From contig MCFH01000080.1 in NCBI GenBank assembly GCA_002104945.1, positions 62,001 through 126,000 on the forward strand: 64,000 nt of DNA, given 5' to 3'. The DNA comes from Piromyces finnis finn. Taxonomy: Eukaryota; Fungi; Neocallimastigomycota. The position numbers were made by a program, and so were the translations under genes. Each line of letters begins with the position of its first letter. Position 1 is the first letter of the stretch. A model generated the notes under the pieces. It was given only the letters and a program-made list of their open reading frames with translations, did no database searches and was not told the origin of the DNA. Positions 59,367 to 64,000 of this stretch are shown piece by piece.

Positions 59367-61894
59367 TTAAGATAAAATCTTTTTTACCCATACTGTATTT
59401 TTAGTATAAAAACTACGATGATTTATAAAATGTAATTGAGTTTTTCTTACTGGTTGATAAAGACAGGTTGGACTTTGGAATTTTGTTAAACTTTTCCAAG
59501 GCTGGAATGATAATCCTTCAATTTTTATATCAATGCATTGTACTTCATGTATATCAAGAAGTGCTCTTACTGCACTTAAACTGTAATCCATATATATGGG
59601 AAAATCAATCTTTATTTGTTTAAATATATTTGGTAAACGTTTGCCTAGAATATATATATAAAGAAAAGGAAATCATTTAAAAATACTACTTTTATGATAA
59701 ATAAATTATATAAAATTAAAATTTGGGGAGGGAGAATTCCTATCTACCTTCAGGATGGATTGGCATAATTTTTCTATTTTCAATAATTTGTTTAGCTTTT
59801 TCAGCAAATATTTTCAACATAGTTTCAAAACATAAAGAATATTTATGAAGATTTGATATTTGAAAGGAAGACTCAGAAATTTCTATAGAGTATAAATAAT
59901 CTAGTTTTGTTAGGGCAATTAATAAATCGGTAGAAACATCACTAATATCAATATGAATGGCTTCTAATTGATTTAGGGTTAAATAGTATTGTAACATAAG
60001 ACTGGTATAATGACCACAATTAATAATGGTAAGTTTTTTTACATTTCTAGGGAAATAGGTTACTAAATCGTCAAATGGGATGACAAATAAAAAGTTAACT
60101 TTAAAAAAGGACAATTCTTCTAAATTTTCACAAACTTCAAATATTTCTGTGGTATTTAAGGCATCGAATGAACATCTAGAAAATTGAAGCGTTTTTAATT
60201 TTGATTTCTTTAACGGTACAATAAAATCAAGTTTCGTTTCAATATCTTCGATGGACGATAACATTGGTAAATTAATTGTTTGATGATTATATTTTTCTTC
60301 GTATTTTTTGTATTCCTCATAGTCAAAAATTAAATTACGATAGTCCTTTCTTTGACGTTTCACCGGCCATTCCAAATTACGAATATAACTAGAATCGATA
60401 GATAATACTTCCAGTGATTCGTGATACATATAATATACTAATTGAAGATTACCATTTTCAGAAAACTCGTAAGATAAATAAAGTTCTTTAATTCTATCAA
60501 GATGATTTATATTATGAGTTAAGATATTTAATTTATAAAATGAATCAATATATACATTTAATGTACAAAGATTTTTAAAACAATGTTTAAACAGAAAATT
60601 TAGTTGATACGGGCTACATTGACGATAGCATATTGATTTAAGATTAAATTCTTTCTCTTTAATATATTTTATTTCTTTTGGCATTGTATTTTCATTTGAT
60701 TCATTATCCGCAGGACTGTTCACTTGATCGTCAAATGGAATATTATTTTCATTTAAGTCTTTACAATAGATGGTTAAGTCATCGATTTCTTTGATTTCAT
60801 TTCCTTGTAAATAGAATAAATTTATAAAAGTTTGATTTGTAATATCACCGTTAAGTTGCAATGTTTCTAAATTTTTAAAAATTGGTATAATATTATTAAT
60901 TAAACTATCTTGAGGAAAGGAACTATCTACTCTTAAAAATGTTATTAATTCTGGATGTGGTATTGCTTTTAAAGCACTTTCTAGTTCTTTTGTTTCAGTT
61001 AACACTAAATACAATGTAATATATATATATTACATGAAATATAATTAAAATTAAAATTAAAAAATTTTAAATTTTATATATTAATAAATTATATATACCA
61101 TTTGTAAATGATGGAGAATTAATACGAAGGGATAAATGTTGTAGATTATTACAATTAAAAAGTATCGTTTTAAGTTTATTTACAAGAGTGGAATTGATAT
61201 TTAATAGTATTAATGAATTTAAATTTGAAAATGCGTAGTGATTTTTTGTAGCAATTTCATTCGTAATTTGTAATATATTTTTGGTAGGATTTCCAATAAC
61301 TGTTAACGATTGAAGATTTCTACCAACATTTTCAAAAAGAAATTTTAATAAGAATGGAAAATTTAAATTCAAATTGTTTTTATGAAGACTGAAACGACAA
61401 GAATTTATAAAATTATTACTATTGTAATTTTGTGGAAAACTATTTCTAAATTTGGAAGGTAATTCCGAAGCATACGGTATTCTTTTATTAGTTGTATTTG
61501 AATTATAATAGTAATTGTCAGGTTCGTTAAATTGGTTATCTACATAGGGATTGGTAACTCTTGAATAGTTGTTGGAAAATGATTTGTATTGATTTTGAAA
61601 TTCTTCATTATAACTTGATATAAAACCCAAATCAAGAGTTTTTACTTTTAGTATATCCTGTTTTATATTTTGATTTTTATTATTTGAAGAAAATATTATG
61701 TAGAATGAAGAAAGGAATTGATATAAATCATATATTGAATTTAATTTAGGATTGGACCATAATAATGGAGCAGCAATGTCATAAAAAGTATGAGATACTA
61801 AACATAAATTATAAAAATCGATAGGCCATAATTGTTTATTATACGCCTGGATAATGATTTTATGAATGATATCATAGGGTAATGTTTTTGCCAT
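59367..61894 (-). CDS. F-box-like protein with degenerate leucine-rich repeats, 3 exons
   Basis: N-terminal LPYDIIHKII..FYNLCLVSHTFYDIAAPLLW (F-box-like), LRR-like LxxLxL units (LQHLSLRI, LKTLQFSRC, LEELSF). Introns ~61076-61015 and ~59749-59647; the last exon GKRLPNIF..KKILS*. Confidence 0.75.
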
Positions 61895-62177
61895 TTTTTT
61901 TCTAATATTTTTCTAGTTTAATCATTTAAATCTATAAATAATTAAAAATACTTTTTATCCTATGTTTTTATCATATAAAAAACCAGTCTATCTATGAAAA
62001 GAATTTTTCTAAAAAAAATTAATGGAAGATACAAATTAACCTTTATTTTTTAATTAATTCACTTAATCATGTGATATGATCTATACTTTTATAAATATAT
62101 GATTGAAACAGTTACTTTTTCATACAGGTCAAAATTTACATTGAAGGTATAATTCTTTTTTTTAATAAATAAAAACT

Positions 62178-64000
<1,823 letters not shown>

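Overview
Extremely AT-rich eukaryotic DNA with short GT-AG introns, long (AAT)n tracts and fungal-type genes (Gti1/Pac2 WOPR factor, Slt2-type MAPK). This best fits an anaerobic gut fungus (Neocallimastigomycota); the assignment is inferred, not proven. About 13 spliced or intact protein genes can be supported: a Cys-rich membrane protein, an M3 oligopeptidase, an EEP-fold phosphoesterase, TEN1, an Slt2/Mpk1 MAPK, a WOPR transcription factor, a small secreted CFEM-like protein, RPR2/Rpp21, two identical YABBY/HMG-like genes, YME1, an F-box protein and a class IV aminotransferase truncated by the window end. There are also two probable pseudogenes. The most notable non-genic items are: (1) a ~580 bp tRNA-headed, poly(A)-tailed element with a target-site duplication (candidate fungal SINE); (2) a ~450 bp hairpin-dense, GC-enriched non-coding segment between TEN1 and the MAPK (unclassified ncRNA candidate); (3) an interleaved double inverted duplication (A-B'-A'-B) that copied an entire HMG/YABBY-like gene; (4) a 9 x 39 bp palindromic minisatellite in frame inside a decayed gene; and (5) a ~19-22 kb gene desert upstream of the WOPR regulator. 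No CRISPR, rRNA or intact tRNA was found. Exon boundaries were read by eye and all family assignments come from motif recognition, not database searches.
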